This document shows, piece by piece, positions 1 to 12,296 of a stretch of 64,000 bases of DNA; position 1 is the first letter of the stretch; every line of letters starts with the position of its first letter. The stretch is taken from positions 150,846,001 to 150,910,000 of the forward strand of contig JBITNC010000001.1 in assembly GCA_050084985.1 (NCBI GenBank), written 5' to 3'. The notes under the pieces are model-generated. The model was not told the origin of the DNA. It saw nothing but the letters and a program-made list of their open reading frames with translations, and ran no database searches. The position numbers and the translations under genes are program-made. Origin of the DNA: Nageia nagi. Lineage: Eukaryota; Plantae; Pinophyta.

Positions 1-3000
1 AAAATGTTGATAGACCTATTGGATGAAGAGTAAATTAACTAGGACCCTTATTTTGACCTACTAGTGTGGTATGAGATAGATGAGGAGTTATCATGGAGCA
101 TGACTCCATGTCATATTTAGAAACATATATGGATCATCAATTTTTATCATCAAGATTAGGTGCTTAAGTTGTTTAGCATGATCCAAGATATAAATGTTCC
201 TCAGCTACAACCCAATAGTGTGATGTAATACAAGTACCAACATGTTCTAAAAAGGCACCTCGTTGTGCCAAGGTGGAGCTCTAAGTGGTATGAGCCTGAG
301 GATCATGCTTCTAGGGTATTAACCCTTCACCATCAACACACACTAGAGTATCAAGTATGGTGGAAGATCGTACAACATATCCCATTAGGTCTCTATGAAA
401 AGGATGAGGAGGGAGAAGAGTAGGAGGATGAGGAGGTTCCCATGGAGACATGGACTCCACCATCATTGAACAGTGTAGTTGATCCCAACATGCCATCCAC
501 ATCTCGTGTTACACTTGCTCCACCTGCATCCACCATAGGTATCTCTAACTTGGCCTTTTGTTAATTACAAATAAATATTGTAATTGAAAATATGTTAAAT
601 TTATTTTAACATATGCATTGTTATTTGAAAATTAAGATTACATAAATAGATAAAGGGTATTTAGGATAAAGTTTCATCATTATAGGAGCAGTTAGCTACT
701 CGAGATCAATAGATTGAGGCCCTTAAGGCCCAAATAGAGACCATGCAAGCCTTGCCACATATATCACAATATCAAGAGCTTAAGAGGCTCTAGGATCTCA
801 TTGTAATGAAGCATAATCAAATCCTTTAGTTTTAGTATACTTTTGTAGCTTCTATGTTTAGAAGTATGTCTATATCTAGGGCAAGGACACATGAGCTCTT
901 AGTTAGTTAGAGTTCCCAACATGGGGATAACTAGTTGTACTTATGATATTTTCTTTATGAATATATATATATTCCTATTTTCCATTTGATTACCATGATT
1001 CATGATACATGTATATTTTTTATTTGCTTTGAAAGTTTTCTATAGTTTAACAACTCTCTAAAATATACTTGTAAGAGTAGCCACATGATGATTACACATA
1101 AAAAGGCCATGAAACTTATAAGAGGCTTGAAAAGATAATTTAGGAATGCATATATTTTTAAGAATAATATACACAATGCACAAAATTATGAAAAACTACA
1201 AATAACTTAAGATATATCTATCAATAAATTACCATAACAAGATCTTGTAAAAACTTACACGAAAAATGTTAGACAACCATAAATCATGAACAAATATGCC
1301 TAGGGGTTAAAAAGATAGATTATAGAATCAAATAAAATTACATTATTACAAATATAAAACCCAATGATGCCACATGATTCCAACAACACCTCTTGAAGCA
1401 ATGAATAATAAAATGCTCAAAGTAAAATCATGCAAGCTTAAAAATACCTCAAATGTAGAAAAAGAGCTCAATTAAATGAAAATTAAGTAAGTTTTTTATG
1501 AAAATGCAAAGTATTAACTTGGAACTATTGCATAAATTACTAATTTTTCCATTTAACAAAAATAATTGAGCATAAAAAATATCCCTTGATAATTCCCACA
1601 AAATATGCCCTTACATGCAAACAAGAATACAATAGTGTTTTGAAATGGAGCATCATTGCTAGGACCTAGCAACAATGCTTCAAATTACACATATAATGGA
1701 CACAAATTTAATTATGAGACATTGTTAATTGATACAAAATTATAAAAAATAAGTACAAAATTAGGAAGTTCAAATAAAAAGTTTACGGAATAGCCCAAAT
1801 GCCATCAACATCAAGTATCATACCTAGTACTAGCAGTTGTTGTACTTGTAGTGCTTGTTGTTGTGGTTGCAAAAATTTTATTGGGTTAGTTTGAATTTGC
1901 TTCCCATCATCATCAAGTTCCACTTTCTTAAATTATGGAAATAGGTTGTTGAAAATCTTCAATATTTAGTTTTATGGTTGCATAGGTCCATCTTATACCA
2001 CCTTTGCTCTATGTTTTTGTAAAACTTCACCTAAAACTTGATCATAAAATTTAAATTTATGTTCATCATGACAATCTTGAATTAGATTGTTCAAATGAAA
2101 ACAAGTACTTTTTCCATGTCCTACTCATCTATGAAAATTGCAAAAAGCACAAGCTTGATATCTCGTATATTTGATCTTAGGGACTCTTTTAATGGAGGAT
2201 AATGAATCAATTTTTTATTAATCAAATCATAAAGGACATCATTTATATCTTCATAAACTTTCATGTACTTTCTTGGTGATGTACTAGATTCCATTACCTG
2301 AATGTCATCATGACTAACCCTAGGAACCATATTGGTTTCTAATTGATATTATTTTCAGATCTTTTTAGTTTGTTAAAAAAAGAGTTTAAGGACTATTTTA
2401 CATTTCATGTGATCTAGATGCTTGTTAAAGGATTTATGAAGAGATTATTTACTAGGCATTTGATATATCAAATATTCATAAGGAGGTCTTGGAAATATGA
2501 GAAACCATTTCTACATGATTGTAGCAAGGCTTAGAAAAGGACATCTTTCTTTTATTTATTAGACACTTGAACTAAGCTAGATATTTTCGACCACTCAATA
2601 ATAAAATCACTAATAATATTATCTCCTTTTTGTTTCAAATTATACATATCTAAAAGATATTATTCTTTCAAAATATATGAATAATATATTTCAATAAATA
2701 CCTTAACTATATCATTGAATCATTGAATGCTTTCATTAGGAAAATTTATAAACTATAAAAATAGATCTGAACGTAAGCTAAGAGGAAAAAATTTGGCTGG
2801 CAAATCATCATCATCTTTAATTGAAACAATTTGTAAATGATATCTTTGTAAATGCAATCTAAGATCATAATAACCATAAAACATTGTAAAATTTACATGT
2901 TTATCATGCCTTTTTTGATGGATGCAATAGCAAAAGGGTTCTCATTTCCTCTTGAAACTGCAAGAGCAAATTTGTTGATGCAAGCCATTATAGAATCTTT

Positions 3001-3108
3001 TTTTGCTTTAGTTGGGCAATTTTGTTGATTGCATCACTCAAATGATCTTCATATTTGGCATGTTCATTGATTTTCTTGATTTCATCTTTAGGCATTCCTT
3101 GAACAAAT

Positions 3109-6100
3109 TGTTGACACCTAATTTTGGTCCACCTTAGGTGATTTTATGTAGGTGTTTTATTATATCAATCTTATGTAATTTTAGTATTTCATTAGATTAA
3201 TATCATATTATATCATATATGTTATGTTGGCCTACTTAAGACACTTCTCATGTAATATTCTCTTTATTTGTGTAAGATATTCCAACATCAGTGCTAGCCT
3301 CTATGAGATGTACTTTTTCATATTTAAAGGTAAGTATGATTATATGGGAGAGAATTAAGATTTTATCTTGATATTCAGTGCCTATATTTATGTGTTTCTC
3401 AACATCAGTTATTGAGATAGGGATCTTGTTATCACACAACCATATTTATTATTCCATATTCTACAATTATATGTTTGAATCAACTTATCAATCATCTGTT
3501 GCATATTGGGTCTTGGTTATGAACTTCATCCCTTTGGATACTTAGTGTTCAAATTATCATATATGCCAACACTATTATTCAGGGCTATGTATCCATGCTC
3601 CCTTTGAGTGTATGTTCTGGGGTTCCAATCTTCTTTATTGTTTAGGGATTTGCATATGAAGATTATTATCTTCAATAAGTTCCTATCTGTATATAATATT
3701 CATCATCCTATGTAAGGGTAATAATTACGTAGCTATCTCTTGATCCCTTTATCATTAGTGCATAGATGTTATCTTGATCCAATAGTTTGAGTATTGCTTT
3801 ATTCATTTCTATTATGTTATACTTCAAATTATTGTTCTCAAGATTGAATGTGAATTTTTAGTATAGTTTATACCTAGTTTAATATTAGGGATCACTAGAA
3901 ACATATTTCAACATATTGGTGCCCACCTTTTTATAGCATATCCATATCTTAATTAGGGTTGGAAAATGTTGTCGTACCTACCATATTTTTGAGAAAAAAA
4001 ACTCTATTTTTCATTTTTAGGGCATCATATTTTATGTGGAATTTTGATAGGAAGCCCTAGGTTTTGTTTCATTTTTTATCTTATTTTTCTACAAAATTAA
4101 GAAATCATATTTCTTTTAAATTGTTAAAAATTTGAAGGTGGTTTTATTTTGTAGAATATTATTTTTGGTCAAAACTCTCGATCTTGAACCTAATTTTTGA
4201 AAATTATTGTAGAATTTTATTTTTATGCAAACATTTTATGTTCAAAGTTATTTAATCAATTTGGTGAGTTTTTACATCATATAATCTTATCTCACACATA
4301 TATATTTCATATTGGGATATTTTACTAATTTTTGAAGGTCATATTTTGCAAAATTAGAATATTTGTGGGTCATTTTTTGTCAACCAAAAATCCCAAGATT
4401 TTTGTAGGTATTTGATGTCCATTTATTTAAGTATGATAGACATGGAAACATTCCTATGGAAATATCATGCTAGCGCTAATGATGGAGGCAACACTAATGC
4501 TAGGGGTAACTCTAGCATTGAGGTTACACCTTTGAATGCCACAACAAAATAATTTAAGCAATTGAAAATGAAGGTACATTTTCTTGAGATTCAATTGGGA
4601 ATGATCATCATTAGTATTAAATATAAAGGAAATCCTTTGAGCATGGAGATTAGAAATGTTATTCTCATTAATATATATAAGGAACCTGAATTAGAAAAAT
4701 TTAATGACAAAGGAGATCTAACTAGTCATATGTAGGGATATGAGTATATCATGGAGTTGAAGTGTGGAATCAATGATCAGTTAAAGGCTAAATAATTTCC
4801 TATGAGTTTGATTGGTGATGCAAGAAAATGGTTTTAGAATATGGAACCTACTTCAATTACAACATTTCAATAGCTAAAAGATAAGTTCAAAAGTCACTTC
4901 CGATGCAATATTCAGAAACCTATTGATTTGAAAGATTTGATTCATTGTAAGCAAGGTCAATTTGAAATATTTGATATGTTTGTGATATTATATGTGATTT
5001 GGAGATCAAGGAAACAAACCATGGATGAAAAATTCATTGCAAAGGTATTTCTTGACAACATTAATCCTATTCTTTGAGCTTATGGTGTTGATTATGTTAA
5101 AGGTCCCTTTATGGATATGGTTTACATGCTTATTGAGAAAGAACATTTTTTGTTAAGATTTGGTCAAATTAAGTATACGTATTCTACAAATAATAGCCAT
5201 AAAAATTCATATCAAAGGAATGAGAATAATCAACTAAATGTGGCTAAACCAAGTGTAAATGAAGAAGAAAAAGAAACCTTTTACAAGCTTCCCATAGCTC
5301 CCACACAAATGTTCAAATATTGTTTAGAAAAAGGACTGATTGAACCTAAAAAGGGAATATAATATGTTGAAGATGAAGAGAATCCCAATTGGTATAAGGA
5401 GAACAATCATTGCAATTTGTATCATTAAGTCAAATTCCATTCCACTAATGGGTGTATTAAAATGAAGAAGAAATTGCATAAGATTTAATGAATAGGAAAA
5501 TTTAATTATATTATCAATGAAGAGTTTGAGAACAAAACTATAGAATAATATGATGATGAAGGATACAACAATATGGTCAACATGGTTACTCTTGAAGATG
5601 ATTATGCCCATGCACAATAAGGTAATTATAAGGGAGGTAAGATGACATGCCTCATGATTATGATTCTTTTTCTAGTAAAATTAGCTTATATGGTTTGTGT
5701 ATGAAATCTAATAATCATAGAGAAATTTTTCATGATATTTTAAAGAGTTTCTTTATTCATGCTAATATTACTACAAGTGCTCTTAGAGATATATTTGATT
5801 ATTTTAGACAGATTAACTCAACAAAATTAGAAGATGATGCATCCCTTTTGTAAGATACTAAAAGTGAAGATGAAGATGAAATGGAAGAGGAAAAAATTAC
5901 AAATAAATACATCCACTAAGTAGTCAACATGATTATTTATGATGTTGAACAAAAAGAGGAAGTACATGAATATAAAGTTGAAAAATTAAGCATGAAGAAA
6001 TACCAAGTTTTAGATAAAGACACTCCTTAGGTACATCATATTTTTGAAGCGACCTTAGATGTTAAGCATGAATACTAAAGGAAGTGCCAGCATTGGGGAA

Positions 6101-8131
6101 AACATCAATGCTACCATCATATATCAAGGAAAAGGTCAATTATACTTAGAAGGACCACTCATATATGTCTAAATAACATCAAGCCAAAGGATCCTAGCTA
6201 TCTATACCATTATGCTAAGTTTAAAGATTCAAGAAAGGATGTTGCATTCAAATGGAATATAGTTCAAAGAAGTATTTTGTAAGGATGATTGCTAGGTAAT
6301 GTTTATCAACTTGCTCATATAGTTTATAACTGCATTTTTATATAGATTAGTTATGCACTTTCATGTAGCTTAGATTGCATCATGCATTGCATATAACCAT
6401 TTTGTTGGTCAAAAGCATAATTAAACATCACTTATACCCTTATTCATTAGGGATACAATTAAATGTCATTCCTTTATGTATTTATATCTTAATGTATTTA
6501 TGGTAAAATTGTTAATTTTATGTTAATCTTATTATCTATAAGATTTGTTTTATTATATATTTATGTGAGTTTTTCAATTTAGTCATGGTTTATCAAAGGA
6601 AGTTATGCATGCTGAAATGTCATAAGGACAAATAGAATGGTTTCAGTTCATAATGGATCAAAAAGAATCATAATGTATTAGAGGTTTATAATCATTGATC
6701 TCAAATGAAATAAATCATAAGTGACCTAATGTTGGTACTGGATCATATTATCAATGTTTTACTCTATCCTAGGGGCATGCCATTAGGAATGCAAAGGTTA
6801 TCTCCCTTAACTCCCTTATCTCTCATATACATGACTTATGATCTTTGCTTACATGTTATGATTGTTATGATGAAATATTGCTATGATATTCTTATGACCA
6901 CTTTATAATCACTCTCTTTGTTGGTTGGGGTATGAACCATCACTTTATGATAATTGTTATGATCCCTTTATTATGATATATATTTTTATATAATTGGGGC
7001 ATTAAGTATCTATATTATGATATAATTTTATATTATATTATGATATAACATATGTTCTTTAATATATATATGCAATTTGGAAGATGTAATTTTCTTTCTC
7101 TCTTTTGAAGTCACTCTTTACTCTTGGTTATTCCCATTTCATGAATAGTTATTCTACTTTACAACCAAGACAAAGAGGGGGTAGCGTATATCATCAATCC
7201 TTGATGATTGGATAGTTCTACAACTAAACAAGGGAGGTATAAAATTGTTCTTCCCTTTCTTATTTACTTCTTTTGCAAACATAATTACATTTAAAGGTCA
7301 TTTTATTTCATTATATTTACAAAGAGGGGCATCTGCTGACACCTAATTTTGTTCCACCTAAGGTGAATCTACTTAGGTGTTTTATTATTTCAATATTATA
7401 TCATTTAAGTATTTCATTATATTAATATCATATATGTTATCTTGGCCCACTTAGGATACTTCTCATGTAATCTTTTCTTTATTTATTCAAGGTACCTCAA
7501 CATTGATTCTAGCCTCTATGTGGAGGTACTCTTTCATATTTAAAGTAAGTATTATTACATGAGAAATTATCAATATTTCATTTTGATTATCGATGCCTAC
7601 ATTTTATAGGTGTTTCTCAATGCCACCTATTGATATTGGGATATTGTTATCACATGAGCATATATGTTATTCCATATTTTACAATTATATGATTGGATCA
7701 ACTTGTTAATCATATTTTATGTATTGGATCTTGGTTGTGAACTCCATTCCTTTGGATACCTAGCATACATGCTACCATATGCACCAATGCTAATATTTGG
7801 GGCTCTACATCCCCACTTCTTTAAGCATCCACACTAGGGTTCCAGTATACTTTATTATATGGGTATTCACATATCAAGATCATTATATTTAATAAGTTCT
7901 TATTTGCATATAATCTTCATCATCATAGGTAAGGTTAATAGATATGTAGTTATCTCTTGATCCCTTTCTCATTAGTGCATAGATGTTATCTTGATTCAAT
8001 AGTATGAGTATTCCTTTATTAATTTATATTATAGTATACTTTAGAATATTGTTCTCATGATCGAATGTGAATGTTTTAGTATAGTTTATACCTAGTTTAA
8101 TATTAGGGATCACTAAAAACATATTTCAACA
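3109..8131 (+). mobile_element. Old non-autonomous gag-only LTR retrotransposon (Tat/Ogre-like)
   Basis: Diverged direct repeats 3109-3913 and 7334-8131 (TG...CA); degenerate PBS tggtgcccacc at ~3917; PPT aaagaggggc at 7321-7330; imperfect TSD caaat/caacc; no pol seen. Confidence 0.8.
4430..5600 (+). pseudogene. Decayed retrotransposon gag
   Basis: PELEKFNDKGDLTSHM*...FPMSLIGDARKWF*NMEPTSITTFQ*LKDKF, and a CHHC-like CNLYH*VKFHSTNGC near 5410. Confidence 0.75.
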
Positions 8132-9683
8132 CAACCCAAAGCAACATTTTTTTCTTGCTCTATTGTTTTGATTAAATCATTTAGCTTTTTCATCTTGCTT
8201 GTAGCTAAAGAAGTTTTATAATCAATATCTAACTTTAAAAATTTTATCTCTCTCTTCAATATCTCATACTCATTATTAGACCATCTTGGCCTCCATCGCA
8301 TACCAAATCCTATTGTGGCTTCTACTTCTACTTCCAAATATTATGTAGGTTTTATTGTTTAGGTACTTCATTATTAGTGATATAAAATATCTCTTCCTCA
8401 TCAATGTTATCTTCCTAGTATTCTTCATAATTAGGAAACATTTATTATATTACTGGTTGTTCTTCATTTACCCTTAATGTTTATAGATCCTAGATCAAAA
8501 CTAAGGTCTATAGACTCATGAATCTTTGTTTATCTAGGCTTCTCACTCATCCATAATTTTTTTAATATTTTAGGATAGATAATTCTTGGCATTTTTTACA
8601 TCCACCTTAGCTATCTTGATCTCCTGGTCTTTAGATGCCAACTAAGAATCTTTACTAGTTAACACTTTTGATGAAGGATTCAAATTCAATGTATACTATA
8701 ATGCCTCTATTTGACCCTTGATATCTTTGATCTTATTTTGGCTATTTTTAGTCTCTTTTTTGTATTTTCTCACTTCTTATCCTTATTGTACTTGCATTCA
8801 AAATGAGTTGTATTAGAATCAATTAGGTCCAACCCTTTCCTACAAAATTTACTTTTATCTATATGAATTACCTTATCATATTCAATAGACAATGTCATGA
8901 TTACCACCTAAGTCAAGTATTGATCTTATCATGGATCCTTGGTAATAGCAATGTACCATTCCTTTTATCATGGATTAAGGGCTACTTTTACATGTTCCTA
9001 ATCCTGAATAGGAAGAATCTCTTTATGTTTTTTCTATAATCATGGGCTTGTTGATGCCTTCATCTTCTCATATTCTTTATATGTATCCTTAAAGCTAAGG
9101 GTCTACCCCTTTGGTTCATTATATGGAATAAGGTAAGGGTTGTGTTGGACATAGGAGTACCTAAATAAGTGCACAACCAAAATTGAAAAAAATCCACTTC
9201 AACCAATGTGCATATCTACGTCACAATCCCTTTTGATCAACAAAATGCAACTTAGTAATTTTGGAAGAAAGTTGTCATCAACTAAACATTCCCTTAAAAA
9301 AAATTCATCATAAAAAAATTGCTTTGCACAAAACATTAGCATAGTATTGTAAGTCTTCTCAAGATTATCCAAATGCTTGCTTAATTTGAAAACATTCTTC
9401 TTAATATTGTTCAATATTTGCTTAATTTTAAAAATAATTTTAAGAAACTAAGTCATGAGCATGCTCCTTGGTTCAAAGATGTGCATCTCATGCTTAGGTC
9501 ATCCAAAGAAGGATTTTGACCTATAAGTAGAAGGCTCGCTCTTTGTAATGACACACCAATTGTGGAGTAAGGATATGATATAGGATAGAAGTGTAGGAGT
9601 TGAGATTAGGAGAATTGTAAGAGAGTTGTATTCGTGAGAGAAGTAAAGATCTAGTTAATGGATGTACTCCTAGTTGGAGGAAC

Positions 9684-11175
9684 TGTTGATTGAGATTGTG
9701 TAATATGTGCGCCTGGAACAATCTTAACCAAAGTAAATCATGAATAGACTGTGGTAGCAGCCTGATCTCCGGAGAAGGCCGGTTCCTTATCCATTGGGTA
9801 GAGAAAAAGTAACAGGAAAGAGATAAAAGAGTAGGGTGCGAGAAATTCAAGCAAAGGATAGGGTAACAGGAAAGGAAGTAAAAAGGATAGGGTAACGAGA
9901 GAGAAAGCAAAGGTAGATCACTAGTTCAGTGCGAGCTTTCGCAGTATGCGAAACCTTGGCCTGAATCTAGTGTCGCAGCCACAGAACAAGTTCTCACTCT
10001 CTGAATAGCCTCCCAGCTTCTACTCTACCATGTAGCAGACACAGTTATACTAGCAACTCGCAATTATTATTCAGGAAACAAGCTAAGCTGCCATAATGTA
10101 ACCAAATTAAGAATAACAATTACGAGTGCTAGACAAGAAAGGTCAAGATGGTATCATATTACCGACCAAAAACTACAGGTCTTCGAGAACAAATGTAAAG
10201 GGCAATACTAGGCTTCCGACCCTTCTTTCACTTTGTTTTCATATACTTATACTGTAGTAACAATAGTTACAAGATTTGCAGAATAGAAATGTTTACAAAA
10301 ACGGCCTCAAGATTCTGGCCTTCTTGAATTGACACCACCTACATTCGCCACTTGGCCGTCTGTTACAAAGTTGGGCGGATTGCAGATGATACAGTTCCTT
10401 GATGATTGTGCTCAGGCATCTTGCAGACTTCCTCTCTTTCGGGATTCCTTAATTCTCTGGCTCAGGCTCTTCAATCTTTCTTTACGGGCCTATTTTCCTC
10501 CGGGACTCGGTTTCATTCACCAATGTTAACTTTGCCTTTTCTTGTGACGTCATCTTCGGACTTCCGAAATGATTCACCTTCAGGGCTCCGGATACTGAAT
10601 TACTCCTTCCTGATGTCATTTCTTCCGGACTCGATTTCCTTCAAAATGTGAACGTTGTTTCCCCGTGATGTCATCATTTCATTTCTCTGGAATGCTCTAC
10701 TCAATGGTTCCGGATACTAAACTACTACCTGCTAACATCATTTCTTCCGGGTCCCGGTTTCCTTTGAAATGTGAACGTTGTTTCCCCGTGATGTCATCAT
10801 TTCATTTCTCCGGAATGCTCTACTCAATGGTTCTAGATACTAAACTACTACCTGCTGATGTCATTTCTTCCAGGTCCCGGTTTCCTTTGCAAATGTGAGT
10901 TTCATCTTTTCTGTGACGTCATCTTCATATCTCCGGAATGCTTTGTTTCCCGGAGAAACTTATGCTGACTTTATCTTTTCCGGAACTTGGTCTTCACCAA
11001 AATATAACTATCTTATCCTCTGCACGTCTCCACTTCATTCTGAAAAACTTTACTCTGACTCTGGGCTGCTTTATCCGCTCCGAAAAAAACTCCCGGAGAT
11101 CTTCGAATGAATCCGTAGAGGCAGGTAGAGTACACCGGGGCTTTACTTCAAGGATTTATTATGTAGGGATCTACA
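9684..11175 (-). repeat. 3' LTR (relative to gag orientation)
   Basis: Direct repeat of 12297-13788 at a constant offset of 2613. Confidence 0.93.
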
Positions 11176-11321
11176 TTATGGCGACCTCTGAGGGAAAATT
11201 TTGCCTTTATCAAAGAGGAATTTAGAACCCAGTCTAAAAAATAATACCAAAAAATACCAAAGCATTTCACTACTACATAGGGTCCGGAACCACATGGATT
11301 CGAAATTTTTTTTTTTTTTTT

Positions 11322-12149
11322 TTACCATCCCGCGCTTGCAGTCTTGTATTGCTTCAGGTGCTGTCCATTAACTGAAATTGGTAGTTTTCCAACTGCAATA
11401 AGACAGGATTCAGCATATACTGCTTGTCTATAGACCTCCGGGAAAGTATTCACTCCGAAATTTTGGATTTGCAGAGAGAGATCCGGAGGAAAGGCTCTCA
11501 GGTAATACATTAAGGCTTGAAATTGTTGAGGCCTGACTGGCATGGGTACTCTTGTCCAAGTTTTCTGGAATCTAATGTTGAAATTCGAGATATTTTCTTG
11601 TTCGTATCTTTTGATTGAGGTGAACTGTGTCAACAGAGAAAAGGGATCTCCTAATTCGTTAAACTCCAGGATAAAGGGCTCTGCCAGTTGAGCCCAAGTA
11701 GTGATAGATCCATTAGGAAGGCCCCTGTACCAATCCAGGACCTTTCCTTTGAAAGACTGAGCCAGTAATCTCACCATAACATCTTCATGCTGAATATTGT
11801 GAATCTTGGCTAAACCGGCTACATCAACACAGTGCTCATAAGCCGTTTTTTCCGAAGTTGCATCAAACTCCGGAAGGGTTTTGAAAACATTCGCTGGGAT
11901 ATCATGCGATACCGCCAGGGCTATTGGTACTCCATTGTCCCATTCTGGATAAATATTCTGGGCTGGATTAGCCATTCCAGGGAAGGTATTTCTAGTATGA
12001 AGATTGGATAATTCTGGCTTGGTAAAGGATTTTAGGGAGCTGATACTATTCAGAGACTTGGACTTGATCAGGGTCTTTCTCCTAGGAGTATCTAATTTCC
12101 TAAACTCCGGTGTTTCTTTTGCTGCTCTAGTTTTAGATCTTGTCCACAT
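11322..12149 (-). CDS. Retrotransposon Gag (Retrotrans_gag capsid domain), 275 aa, no zinc knuckle, no pol
   Basis: Open ORF with HEDVMVRLLAQSFKGKVLDWYRGLPNGSITTWAQLAEPF and SIKRYEQENISNFNIRF (major-homology-like); N-terminal MxTRS motif. Confidence 0.9.
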   Translation of the reverse strand: MWTRSKTRAAKETPEFRKLDTPRRKTLIKSKSLNSISSLKSFTKPELSNLHTRNTFPGMANPAQNIYPEWDNGVPIALAVSHDIPANVFKTLPEFDATSEKTAYEHCVDVAGLAKIHNIQHEDVMVRLLAQSFKGKVLDWYRGLPNGSITTWAQLAEPFILEFNELGDPFSLLTQFTSIKRYEQENISNFNIRFQKTWTRVPMPVRPQQFQALMYYLRAFPPDLSLQIQNFGVNTFPEVYRQAVYAESCLIAVGKLPISVNGQHLKQYKTASAGW

Positions 12150-12240
12150 AAACTCTAGGTGGCAAAAGAAAATGAAAGGTTCAAAAGCACATATGATATT
12201 TACAAATAATCTGCTTTAATACATACCATAGATAGTGCTT

Positions 12241-12285
12241 CAGCAGAGTCGCCAATAAGTTTCTTCGTGTCCCACCGGCGTGCCA
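12241..12285 (-). promoter_or_regulatory. Two tandem tRNA-Arg-type primer-binding-site-like motifs
   Basis: Minus strand TGGCACGCCGGTGGGAC (12285-12269) and TGGCGACTCTGCTG (12254-12241). Both start with TGG (anti-CCA) and resemble plant tRNA-Arg 3' ends as I recall them. Confidence 0.7.
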
Positions 12286-12296
12286 AAAAGAAATAC

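Larger units (their letters stand above)
1790..9200 (-). mobile_element. Old decayed Ty3/gypsy (Tat/Ogre-like) gag remnant, split by the 3109-8131 element; boundaries approximate
   Basis: Minus-strand translation with stops: DDLPAKFFPLSLRSDLFL*FINFPNESIQ*FNDIVK (~2820-2700) and a CHHC knuckle FCNFHR*VGHGKSTC (~2145-2101). Coiled-coil-like ORF 8113-8337 runs up to the insertion point. Confidence 0.6.

Noticed and set aside
5-1052. Possible solo LTR (TGTTGA...TTAACA)
   Set aside because: No partner, TSD, PBS or PPT can be verified at the window edge.
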